Part shown: positions 18,071 through 26,934 of the stretch, piece by piece
How positions within the stretch are numbered: position 1 is the first letter of the stretch
How the letters are laid out: the number at the start of each line of letters is the position of its first letter
Origin: a virus
Taxonomy: Duplodnaviria > Caudoviricetes
Strand: one strand, 5' to 3'
DNA: 64,000 nucleotides
IMG/VR virus record: IMGVR_UViG_3300045391_002348
Span: 1-64,000 of that record
Made by a program: the position numbers and the translations under genes
Notes under the pieces: generated by a model
The model's database searches: none
Told to the model about the DNA's origin: nothing
The model's input: the letters and a program-made list of their open reading frames with translations, nothing else

Positions 18071-19018
18071 ATGTTATTCAGAGACAGTCCAACACAACAG
18101 CAGGCGATGGGCTTCCTCATCGCTCAGACGACCTACATCGAGCCGATGGTCTACCGGATACAGTACCCCGAGCTGAACTACAGGGAGCTAGTACCAGTCG
18201 ATACGTCCGCGAACGAGTGGGCCAAGTCGATCACCTTCTTCAGCGTCGATCAGGTTGGCGCTGCTGACTGGTTCAACGCAGCGGCCAGCGACATCCCTCT
18301 GGCTGACATCGCGCGAGCGAAGTTCGAGGCGGGCATCGAGATGGCCGGTATTGGATACCGGTACAACCTGGAGGAGCTCGGCCAGGCGATGATGCTACCG
18401 AACACGAACCTCACGTCAGAGAGAGCTGAGGCCGCGCGCAAGGCCTCGGAGGAGTTCACTCATAATACCGCGATGTATGGCGACGTGAGGAAGAACTGGA
18501 AGGGGATCACGAACCACACATCCCCTGCAGTCGTGAACGCTGCCCACACGTGGGCGTACTGGGTCGGCCAGGGGTCATCATATCTTACGAACATCATCCA
18601 AGACTTCAACGGCCTACTCACGAATATCTGGCAGTCCTCGCTGACGGTTGAGATGGCCGACACGGTCCTCCTCCCACTCTCGGCCCTCACTCTGCTGGCG
18701 ACGACCCAGCTGCCAAATACGACGATGACACTCCTCCAGTTCATCATGGCGAATAACCTGTATACGCTAGAGACTGGACGACCTCTGACCATCCGTGCGG
18801 TCCGTGGTCTCGACACCGCCGGGGCCTCCGGCAACGGCCGGGTCATTGCGTATCGTAAGGACCCGCAAGTCGTGAAGATGCACATGCCGATGCCGCACCG
18901 GTTCTTCCCGGTCTGGCAGCGCGGCCCCTTCGTATTTGACGTACCTGGTATTATGCGCATGGCCGGCCTAGAGATCAGGCGTCCAGGTGCGTTCCGATAC
19001 CTGGACGGAGTTTGCTGA
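18071..19018 (+). CDS. Major capsid protein (DUF2184)
   Basis: YPELNYRELVPVD, GYRYNLEEL, YGDVRKNWKGITNH, HMPMP. Confidence 0.9.
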   Translation: MLFRDSPTQQQAMGFLIAQTTYIEPMVYRIQYPELNYRELVPVDTSANEWAKSITFFSVDQVGAADWFNAAASDIPLADIARAKFEAGIEMAGIGYRYNLEELGQAMMLPNTNLTSERAEAARKASEEFTHNTAMYGDVRKNWKGITNHTSPAVVNAAHTWAYWVGQGSSYLTNIIQDFNGLLTNIWQSSLTVEMADTVLLPLSALTLLATTQLPNTTMTLLQFIMANNLYTLETGRPLTIRAVRGLDTAGASGNGRVIAYRKDPQVVKMHMPMPHRFFPVWQRGPFVFDVPGIMRMAGLEIRRPGAFRYLDGVC

Positions 19019-19062
19019 GAGGGCTGAATAACCAACCCTCTACTTTACGGGAGAAGTAACAA

Positions 19063-19635
19063 ATGTCCGAAAATAATGTGGCCATCCCGGCCACACCTGA
19101 TAGGATCGTCGAGCAGGTCTCGACGAAGTTCTCTCTGGTGCCAGACGGTCGACGTCTGGCAGCAGCATCTCAGATCGTAAAAGTTCAGAATACGGACCCC
19201 CACCAGGTTCACGTCGTCGTAGACCGATTTCTGAAAGGTCATGAGATACTTCCTGGTCAGATCAAGGAAGTCGAGATGCTCGTGGAGGACATCGAGGGGT
19301 TCATGAGGCAGCGTCTCCCAGGTCGAGGCTTCTATCCTCCCGGCGCTCGGGTGAAAGGGGGTGTCGTGAAAGGAGACAGGATGGTCGACGGTCAGTTCAT
19401 CCCTGGAGATAAAATCGAACTCCCTCCCCACCCTCTGTTATTCCCCGAGCTCGACTATAGAGTTATCGAGGCAAAGGCCCGAGAGGAGCGTATGAAGCGC
19501 ACCCAGACCGGGGGCGTAGCCCAGCAGTCCGGCGATGGTGGTGAGATCGCCGAGCTTCGCGCTCTCATTGCGAAGCAGCAGAACGAGCTGAGTGAGATGC
19601 GCCGACAAATCGGCAGCAGCGGGGGTAAGAGGTAG
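19063..19635 (+). CDS. Hypothetical head-region protein
   Basis: GGAG RBS; follows MCP; C-terminal coiled coil. Confidence 0.6.
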   Translation: MSENNVAIPATPDRIVEQVSTKFSLVPDGRRLAAASQIVKVQNTDPHQVHVVVDRFLKGHEILPGQIKEVEMLVEDIEGFMRQRLPGRGFYPPGARVKGGVVKGDRMVDGQFIPGDKIELPPHPLLFPELDYRVIEAKAREERMKRTQTGGVAQQSGDGGEIAELRALIAKQQNELSEMRRQIGSSGGKR

Positions 19636-20042
19636 TGGCAACTGTCGAGGACATCATCGCATTCAAGGCGAGGTTCTCGGAGTTCGCTAAGTTGAGCGAC
19701 CCTCCGATTGCCGCGGTACTAAATACAGCCGACGTGTACCTCGACGACGTCATGTGGTCGCCCAGAGACTTTCCTCTCGCAAGAATGCTCTGGGCAGCCC
19801 ACCTCCTGACACTTCAGCAGACCGTCGCAGCTAATAGCACGATCGATGGGACCGGTATGTCGGACTTGTTTGTAAGGTCCATCCGCTTCGGAGATCGCAC
19901 CGTCACCTTTGAGCAGCGTCAGTCGTTCATGTCGGCCCAAGCCGGTATGGAGCCAGGCGAGATACTTCTGAGCTCGACGACCTACGGCCAGTTGTTCTTG
20001 CAGCTCCGCAGCCGCAACATTATTCCGGTGACCATTGTCTAA
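19635..20042 (+). CDS. Head-tail adaptor (DUF4054-like)
   Basis: FKARFSEF...LWAAHLL...STTYGQLFLQL. Confidence 0.8.
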   Translation: MATVEDIIAFKARFSEFAKLSDPPIAAVLNTADVYLDDVMWSPRDFPLARMLWAAHLLTLQQTVAANSTIDGTGMSDLFVRSIRFGDRTVTFEQRQSFMSAQAGMEPGEILLSSTTYGQLFLQLRSRNIIPVTIV

Positions 20043-20427
20043 TTGGCGTCAACTAGAGCAGAGGATGGACGCTATCGTCGATCGCCAGTTCGGCGAGCCG
20101 GTAGAGTTCAGACCGTGGAAGAACAGTGGGGTTCGCAACGAGGGCGAGCCTGACCCGTCTCGCGATGTCGTGAAAACCGTGGGGATAGAGGTTACGCTGT
20201 CCGAAGGTAGCGCTATCACGGGAGGCAAGCAGTTCTCCAACAGCGTGTGGGTCTCCGTGGAGGAGAGCGTGCTGGGTGACCTGGCGTCCTGGAAGAAGTA
20301 CGACAGGATAGTCCTCCCTGAGAGGCCAGCGGGTCAGAACGTCTTCATGTGGGACCACGCTCTCCCAGGAGCCACGGGGCGCATCGAGGTGTTCATGACT
20401 CGACTCTCTCCTGTGAGCCCACCATGA
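20035..20427 (+). CDS. Head closure/joining protein
   Basis: Position after adaptor; beta-rich 130 aa. Confidence 0.55.
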   Translation: MSNWRQLEQRMDAIVDRQFGEPVEFRPWKNSGVRNEGEPDPSRDVVKTVGIEVTLSEGSAITGGKQFSNSVWVSVEESVLGDLASWKKYDRIVLPERPAGQNVFMWDHALPGATGRIEVFMTRLSPVSPP

Positions 20428-21242
20428 GTTTACTACGTCCAGTCATCAGAGCCTGCGTAGTCGCGGCCCTTCGCGAGCAGACATGGGCCCAAGAGCGGGT
20501 GTTCGACAGCGACCTCTCTCCCCTCGCGGACGCTGTTCTCGGAGAGACGGCCAAACCGTATATCGTCGTATTCACAGATACTGATGACTTGAACCCGGTG
20601 AGGGGGAAGGCCGAGCTATATGACGGCGACAGCAGGGCTCTCAGTATCGTGCTGGAGATAGGAGTAGCCAACGCAGTAAAGGACCCGCAGGGGAGCATTC
20701 AGCTGCAGTTCGCCGCCACCGACGTAGGGATGGAGACCGCGTGCGATGTAATAGACACGCAGGCCCTGAACGCCTTGTTTGGTAATCCGAGGAACGCCTG
20801 GAGCGACCTCATAAAGCGCTTCGTGTACAAGGTTCAGCGCATATCCAGGCGGCGGGGGGGTCAGGGTGGCAAGGGAGTGCGGTTCGCAGCGCGTCAGATC
20901 ACAATCACCTGCTCTACCAACTACGAGTTGTCGCCCGGGATCGTACCTCCTGAGACTCACCCGGTTCACCAGTTCATCGACCTGGCGAAGGAGAGGCCCC
21001 TGAGTGAGGAGGTCGACCTGGCCTCTATCATCGAGCAGCTTTTGACGACGAACCAACTCCCAGACTGGCGCGTAGCTCAGAGCCTCCTCGGTATCGACAC
21101 TGATGCAAGTGTGAAGCTCGTGGCTGGCGAGACACCAGTCTGGGAGACCAGCTGGCCTGGAGTACCGGGGATCGAGGACGAGGAACCAGCAGAGATTGTA
21201 ACAATCATACCGGTGGACCAGACCGGTGAAGCTGAAAGTTAA
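20424..21242 (+). CDS. Neck/tail terminator protein
   Basis: ATGA overlap; AQERVFDS...PYIVVFTD terminator-like pattern. Confidence 0.55.
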   Translation: MSLLRPVIRACVVAALREQTWAQERVFDSDLSPLADAVLGETAKPYIVVFTDTDDLNPVRGKAELYDGDSRALSIVLEIGVANAVKDPQGSIQLQFAATDVGMETACDVIDTQALNALFGNPRNAWSDLIKRFVYKVQRISRRRGGQGGKGVRFAARQITITCSTNYELSPGIVPPETHPVHQFIDLAKERPLSEEVDLASIIEQLLTTNQLPDWRVAQSLLGIDTDASVKLVAGETPVWETSWPGVPGIEDEEPAEIVTIIPVDQTGEAES

Positions 21243-21879
21243 TGTGGATGAACTCCTAAACTGGGGGAGGTTCGGAGAGCAGATGAGCCAGAGAACCCCA
21301 GCGGCCATCGCCCGCGCACTGAATGCGTATGGCGAGGGGGTCGCGAAGGGAGCGGCTCAGAGGATCGCTGAAAAGACCGGCATCGATATAAACACGATTG
21401 CCGAGACGATCACAATAAAGCGGGCGACCCCCGACGACCTCAAGTGGTCTATGGATGCCAGCATGCTATCTCCCCCGGACGCCCGGTGGTCCAGACCCTG
21501 GGAGAGTAGGAACGAGAAGGCCTTCGAGCAGGACACCCTCGTGAATATAATCACGGTAGAGGACGACTGCGTATGCGAAGCTTGCGAAGAGGCTGCCTCG
21601 AAGGGGCCGTACACGATGGCCGAGGTCCGAGACCTTCAAGCCAAGTGGGCGGACTTCGTACCAAAGACCCTGGGCGGAGGAGTGAGGACGAACCTCATTC
21701 ATCCGAACTGCCGCTGCACGATCCAGAGTTGGAAGTCTCTCCGGAAGGTCCCGGTCATGCAGCAAGGTACGCCTAAGCCCGGGGCTCCTCCGCCACAGAA
21801 GTTCACCGTTCGTCAGCTGGGGCAGCTGATAGCGAGTGAGATCAGAACTGAGATCAAGGCCGTGAAGGGTAAGAGATGA
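21226..21879 (+). CDS. Tail completion-like protein with MuF-type Zn motif
   Basis: AIARALN N-terminus; CVCEAC...HPNCRC. Confidence 0.5.
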   Translation: MKLKVNVDELLNWGRFGEQMSQRTPAAIARALNAYGEGVAKGAAQRIAEKTGIDINTIAETITIKRATPDDLKWSMDASMLSPPDARWSRPWESRNEKAFEQDTLVNIITVEDDCVCEACEEAASKGPYTMAEVRDLQAKWADFVPKTLGGGVRTNLIHPNCRCTIQSWKSLRKVPVMQQGTPKPGAPPPQKFTVRQLGQLIASEIRTEIKAVKGKR

Positions 21880-22616
21880 TAGGCCAGAAGCACTTCGACC
21901 GACTGGTGTTCCAGGTAGCCCAGTCGAGAAGGACCTCAGGGAACGAGAAGCGCGTAGGATACGTGCAGTCGGTGCAGAGGAACAAGGTGGAGCAGAAGGT
22001 CCGTGTCGTGATAGGGATACGGCCCGACGGCTCTCCCTGGGTATCACCCTGGCTCCACACGACTGACCACACCGGAGGAGCGAGCCGCGAGCAGAAGCTC
22101 TACGAGATCGGTCAGAACGTCCTGGTGTCCTGCCCTGGGGGAGACTTCAGCAGAGCCACCGTGTCTCCCTGGGCCGAGAGCGAGGCGTTCCCGGCCCCGG
22201 ACCACGCGACCCAGATCAACGGCGATACCCTGCAGATGGGGAAGCTCCGCGTCAGCAAGCACAAGCAGGACAGCGGGCACTTCTACGACATCTGGATCGC
22301 CGAGGGGGACGAGCCGCCGCCGGAGCACCAGGAGCAGACGGGGAAGCCTGAGAGCGGCGGAGGAGGCCAGTCCGGCTCCTTTACATCTAACAGGGAGCCT
22401 GGCAAGCCAGCGATGAAGGTCCGCATCCACGAGAGCGGCTGCATCACCGGTCGAGTAGGGAACGATGACAATGCTCCGAGGTTCGCAGCCCACACAGCAG
22501 GGGCGAAGATACGATCGGGGCAGGGAGCGTACTGGATCGATGTTCAGGGCAACCTCTGGACGACCAGCGCTCCGCAGATAAAGGATGACAAGGTCATCCC
22601 GAACGACAACGACTAG
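21876..22616 (+). CDS. Baseplate spike protein (P2 gpV-like)
   Basis: SPWL...EIGQNVLVSCPGGD OB-fold pattern. Confidence 0.8.
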   Translation: MIGQKHFDRLVFQVAQSRRTSGNEKRVGYVQSVQRNKVEQKVRVVIGIRPDGSPWVSPWLHTTDHTGGASREQKLYEIGQNVLVSCPGGDFSRATVSPWAESEAFPAPDHATQINGDTLQMGKLRVSKHKQDSGHFYDIWIAEGDEPPPEHQEQTGKPESGGGGQSGSFTSNREPGKPAMKVRIHESGCITGRVGNDDNAPRFAAHTAGAKIRSGQGAYWIDVQGNLWTTSAPQIKDDKVIPNDND

Positions 22617-22629
22617 AGGAGAAGTGAGT

Positions 22630-22845
22630 ATGCAAGTTGCTAAGCGTTTTCAAAAGCCCGGCGACGGAGCACAGGACCCGACGCGGGAGTACAAGATCGC
22701 TGACCCTCACCACAAGCCCGACTTGAACGGCGAGCTCGGCGGCGCGAGGGTCTACATGAAGAACGGAGTTCAGTATGTTAGACTGACACCGGCACAGGCC
22801 AAGTTCTATGTCGACTCCGGTTCTCTGGTCGAGATGAATGGCTAG
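22630..22845 (+). CDS. Hypothetical protein (71 aa)
   Basis: GAGGAG RBS; overlaps the next gene. Confidence 0.6.
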   Translation: MQVAKRFQKPGDGAQDPTREYKIADPHHKPDLNGELGGARVYMKNGVQYVRLTPAQAKFYVDSGSLVEMNG

Positions 22846-23146
22846 GAACGTAACATCAGTCATCGTCGATCGAGTGACACATCCTGCGCCTCCTGGTGCA
22901 ATCAAGTTCACGTCGAAGTTCGGTACTGGTGAAATAACCGGCTTCGTTCACGGGTGTCCGTGTGGTTGTGGTGCATGGAGCGGCGTCCACTTCGAGAACT
23001 ACGGTACTCCTCCTATGTGGCAGCGCACTGGTGATGATTGGCACATGACACTTGAACCGTCGATCGGTATTCGACATCCGAAGGGAGATCAGTCAGGCTA
23101 TCACTGGCACGGCTATCTACGTAACGGTGTCTTTGAGGAGTGCTGA
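22838..23146 (+). CDS. DUF6527-like Cys/His protein
   Basis: CPCGCG...TLEPSI...HWHGYLRNG. Confidence 0.6.
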   Translation: MARNVTSVIVDRVTHPAPPGAIKFTSKFGTGEITGFVHGCPCGCGAWSGVHFENYGTPPMWQRTGDDWHMTLEPSIGIRHPKGDQSGYHWHGYLRNGVFEEC

Positions 23147-23149
23147 TTT

Positions 23150-23707
23150 TTGGCTAACTTCATCATAGACGGCTCCTCACCGTACTACTCGACGCTGAGA
23201 GCAACCTGGCCCGATCTGTATGAGTCGCGGGCCATCATCGCTCCGTCAGGGTCCGGTGTGGACAGGAATACCGGCCGAATCATCAGCGGCTGGGATCACG
23301 TTGAGCAGAGCATCGAGGTAATCTTCGCTACCCCCTTCCACCAGCGGGTCCTCCGCCGCTGGGTCGGCTCCTTCGTCCCTCACATCCTCGGTGAGAGCGC
23401 TGTACCGAGGATCATCACCCGGTTCTTCTGGGCGATCGCAACAGCGATCGACCTCTGGGAGCCGCGGTACAGGGTGAAGCAGGTATTCTTCATGGGGGAT
23501 GCTCTGAACCAGGAGACTGCGAGCCTGCTCGGGGCCCACAGTTCTCTGGCAGCAGCGGACCTCCTTCGACTGGGCCAGGCGATCTTCCGCCAGGAGGGTG
23601 TATACTTTCCGCGCGGGCACGTCGGAGACTTCACTCCGTATCATCAGCGCCAGTTCGGAATAACCGGACGGGGCGGTAACCTCTGGGACGTGGTTGCACC
23701 GACATGA
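23150..23707 (+). CDS. Baseplate wedge protein (gp25/P2 gpW-like)
   Basis: GVDRNTG...HVEQSIEVIFATP...R...G...AIDLWEPR. Confidence 0.85.
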   Translation: MANFIIDGSSPYYSTLRATWPDLYESRAIIAPSGSGVDRNTGRIISGWDHVEQSIEVIFATPFHQRVLRRWVGSFVPHILGESAVPRIITRFFWAIATAIDLWEPRYRVKQVFFMGDALNQETASLLGAHSSLAAADLLRLGQAIFRQEGVYFPRGHVGDFTPYHQRQFGITGRGGNLWDVVAPT

Positions 23708-24057
23708 GCAAGTTAGTCAGGTTGAACAAGCAATACTATTACTACAACGGATACGGTCACTGGTGCCCGGGGTGCGGTGGTGGACACGAGATAGCTGTCG
23801 GCGAGAAGAACAGCTCAGGGGCCGAGTGGCAATTCAACAATAATCTCGCCTCGCCCTCCTTCTCGCCGAGCATAAATATCCGCTCCGGAAGGTACGCAGA
23901 CCCGAACTACACCGGCGGCGGAGGGCGCATCTGCCACTATTTCATAACCGACGGGAAGATCATATACTGTTCCGACACGACCCACGCTCTTTCAGGTAAG
24001 ACGGTCGACCTTCCAGATATACCCGAGAACAAGTATCAGTCATGTCAGCGTCTCTGA
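23704..24057 (+). CDS. DUF6527-like Cys/His protein
   Basis: HWCPGCGGGH...WQFNNNLASPSFSPSI...CHYFITDGKIIYCSDTTHALSGKTVDLP. Confidence 0.7.
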   Translation: MSKLVRLNKQYYYYNGYGHWCPGCGGGHEIAVGEKNSSGAEWQFNNNLASPSFSPSINIRSGRYADPNYTGGGGRICHYFITDGKIIYCSDTTHALSGKTVDLPDIPENKYQSCQRL

Positions 24058-24174
24058 CAGTTGCCCGCTTCCTCGTGGCTCTCGGCGTGACGGGTCTAGC
24101 GATCTTAGCCCTCGTGTCCATAGAGAACAAGCGCCAGCGATCCAACCTGGACACGCTAGAGAGATTGAAAGCTC

Positions 24175-25170
24175 ATGAGCAACCTAGTCTCAACAGTACC
24201 ATCACGCTTCACAGTGATCCGTCCCGAGCTCCTTCCACCGATGGCAGTCCTCCAGCCGATCGACACGGAGACGATCATCTCAGCAAGGATGGCGAAGTTC
24301 AAGGCCCTGTGGGCGAGCTACGACCCACCGAACGCAGCCCAGTACGACGTGGAAGGCCTGGAGTTCGATCCGATAAAAATACAGGCGGAGCTCGGCGCGT
24401 TCTTCGAACTCCTGGTAAGGGACAGAGTAAACCAGGCCGCGAGAGCAGTGACCCTTGCGTACGCGATTGGTTCGGACCTGGATGCCATTGGCTCGCGATA
24501 CCCCTATGGGGTGACGCGACAATTAGGAGAGAGTGACAGATCGTATCGGACGCGACTGTGGCTCTCTCCCTCGATCTTCTCCCTCAACGGTCCCGGGCAA
24601 GGGACCTTCGAGAGCTATGTATTTTGGGCCCTCTCGGCTCCGATGACCGACGGAAAGTTGCGGCACGCAGCCGCTCTGACGAGGAGGGGGACTGGTCAGG
24701 TCATCATTCCGATTATGCGGGATGATAACACAGCCAGCACATTCAAAGACATCGTGACCGGAGAGTGGGTGACGACCTACTCGGGCTCGCCGCTCCCGAC
24801 AGATACGCAAGTGTCTGAGGTCTACGAGTACATAAACGATGCAGATGAGGCCCGCAAAGGTCTTACTGACATCTTGTATATAACGAAGCCAAAGCTGTTT
24901 CGTACAAATATTCGGGCAGCAATCAAGCTATTTCCTGGAGTAGATCGGGACAGCCTGATGACCGAGACGATGGACGCTCTGAAGGAGTTGGTCGAGGCCA
25001 TACGGTGGTTGGGGGCCGACCTAACGAACCTCGCTCTGAAGGGGGCTATGGCCCAGGCTGGGGTCTACAACGTAGACATCAAAGAGCCGGCATCCGACAT
25101 AGTAACCGACCAGAGTGGTTGCGTGCTCGTGTCTGAGATCAGACTCAGCTACTCCGGAGTCGGCGAGTAA
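24175..25170 (+). CDS. Baseplate J-like protein
   Basis: VNQAARAVTLAYAIGSDLDAIG...ESDRSYRTR. Confidence 0.9.
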   Translation: MSNLVSTVPSRFTVIRPELLPPMAVLQPIDTETIISARMAKFKALWASYDPPNAAQYDVEGLEFDPIKIQAELGAFFELLVRDRVNQAARAVTLAYAIGSDLDAIGSRYPYGVTRQLGESDRSYRTRLWLSPSIFSLNGPGQGTFESYVFWALSAPMTDGKLRHAAALTRRGTGQVIIPIMRDDNTASTFKDIVTGEWVTTYSGSPLPTDTQVSEVYEYINDADEARKGLTDILYITKPKLFRTNIRAAIKLFPGVDRDSLMTETMDALKELVEAIRWLGADLTNLALKGAMAQAGVYNVDIKEPASDIVTDQSGCVLVSEIRLSYSGVGE

Positions 25171-26930
25171 TGGCCGACCTTCAAATTAGTGCATTACTTG
25201 GTGGTGTCGGCTCGCTCGCGTCATCAAGTGTAATGAGTAAGGTCGCTGCAGCTACTCTGGCCGGAGTCGCTGTACTTATTGGCAAGGCCATAGGACCGAT
25301 CCACATCGACGCTACTCTGCCGGGAGGCAGCGATTTGTCGTCGAGTACCATCGCAATACTCTCAGCGAGCGCCGTCCTCCCGGGGGCGGGAGGTCACGCT
25401 GGTAAGGCCGTCGGTCCTATTCACGTCGATATAGCAATCCCCGGCGAGAGCTCGCTTACTGTCTACAACGTCTACTATCAGCGCTTCGTCGGCACTGTCG
25501 TGTTCTCTCACGAGAACGTGTACGGTGCCGTAGGAGGTCTTCGTCTCGACGCTGAGTGGGTCGGCTCTGATCCAGTGAACCCCGGCATTCAATTAAATGC
25601 AGGGAGCCAGTTGCTTTACGCCCAGGGAACTGGCCTGGAGAAGGCGTGGGCGGACGTCGAGGCCTACCGCCTCACGTCTACCTATGCTGAGCTCGTGAGA
25701 GATCAGTGGGACCCCTACCAGATCAGTGCCCGCAATCTGGGCTATCTTGCGTGGGCAGTCGGGGTGAACCTCTGGGAGGACGACTGGTCCGAGGCCTTCA
25801 AGCGGCACTGGATCGCCAATCAGTGGACGTACAAGTATCAGCGGGGTTCTCTACTCGGTCTGAAGAACTTCGTCGCGGCCGGTGGGGCCGAGCTCCGCAG
25901 AGCCATCACTCCTCCCGCAATCACGTACCCGCTGCCATCGTTCAGCGATGAAGATCGTGCAGCATATGTGGCCCGATTTCCTCAACTCCGCCTCTACCCA
26001 TTTGTAGAGAGGAGCCAGCTGCCGTATCTGTGCTTCTTCGGTCACTTCCGAGGGGACCTCGGCGAGCGGGTGTTCTCCCGCAACGGTTCCTTCTTCGGGC
26101 CGGTCCTTCCGATGTATCCGACAAACCAGGACGCCGGCGGGAAGTATACGAGAACGGCAGCTATTTGGGATCGCGGAATAGAGACCACCCTCACGATCCG
26201 AAAGATCACAAAGGTAATTACTGGACCGAGCGCAGGCTGGGGCTTCCTCCCAGGAACGAGCCAGTATGATGAGCAAGTCGTACTTCCTATGGACAGGAGG
26301 TTGTACTTCACGGGGACTGGGTTCCTGTCGAGTGATCCGAATGTCGGAGTGTTTGCTAATAGGGCGACTCCGCTCCGGACCGTGACGCTCCCGAGGAGCG
26401 GACCTATCGAACTCGTCCAGGCGAAGGCGATATACCAGACCGTCCTCCCGAAGGAGGATTTGATCGATCTATATCCAGAGCACGTCACACAGTCCCACCA
26501 GGTTCGTCCAACTGAGTTGTATATTGGACGGAAGAACTATCTAACAGGCAAATTCCTCCCCCGCTCTAATGCGTGGCAGTTTTTGTATGAGAGGTGGTAC
26601 TTGTTCGATCCAGACCGGGTGCCCGACAGCCGAAAGGCAAACGTCTACCTCGGTCACTGCCGACTGGGTATTCCGAACTACACGGCAGAGGCCTTGATAA
26701 AAGTTACGACCCATATGCCGACCTTCCGCGTCTATGCCGGGGGCTACGTTCGGGGCTTCCTTAAAGCTCCGGGGGCGCCGGAGGTCGACAAGGTGTATCG
26801 CGCTGTTCTAGCCTCGATGGCAGTGAGAGACACCGTATTGGTAGATACGACTGTCACGAGGAAAATTCAACTGCGCGATGTGATCACGGCCGATGGCCGT
26901 CACACGGTCGGGCAATTCGTGGAGAACTGA
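25170..26930 (+). CDS. Baseplate/tail protein I (P2 gpI-like) with repeat N-extension
   Basis: WDPYQISARNLGYLAWAVGVNLW...KR...RGS gpI core; N-terminal small-residue repeats. Confidence 0.8.
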   Translation: MADLQISALLGGVGSLASSSVMSKVAAATLAGVAVLIGKAIGPIHIDATLPGGSDLSSSTIAILSASAVLPGAGGHAGKAVGPIHVDIAIPGESSLTVYNVYYQRFVGTVVFSHENVYGAVGGLRLDAEWVGSDPVNPGIQLNAGSQLLYAQGTGLEKAWADVEAYRLTSTYAELVRDQWDPYQISARNLGYLAWAVGVNLWEDDWSEAFKRHWIANQWTYKYQRGSLLGLKNFVAAGGAELRRAITPPAITYPLPSFSDEDRAAYVARFPQLRLYPFVERSQLPYLCFFGHFRGDLGERVFSRNGSFFGPVLPMYPTNQDAGGKYTRTAAIWDRGIETTLTIRKITKVITGPSAGWGFLPGTSQYDEQVVLPMDRRLYFTGTGFLSSDPNVGVFANRATPLRTVTLPRSGPIELVQAKAIYQTVLPKEDLIDLYPEHVTQSHQVRPTELYIGRKNYLTGKFLPRSNAWQFLYERWYLFDPDRVPDSRKANVYLGHCRLGIPNYTAEALIKVTTHMPTFRVYAGGYVRGFLKAPGAPEVDKVYRAVLASMAVRDTVLVDTTVTRKIQLRDVITADGRHTVGQFVEN

Positions 26931-26934
26931 GAAG

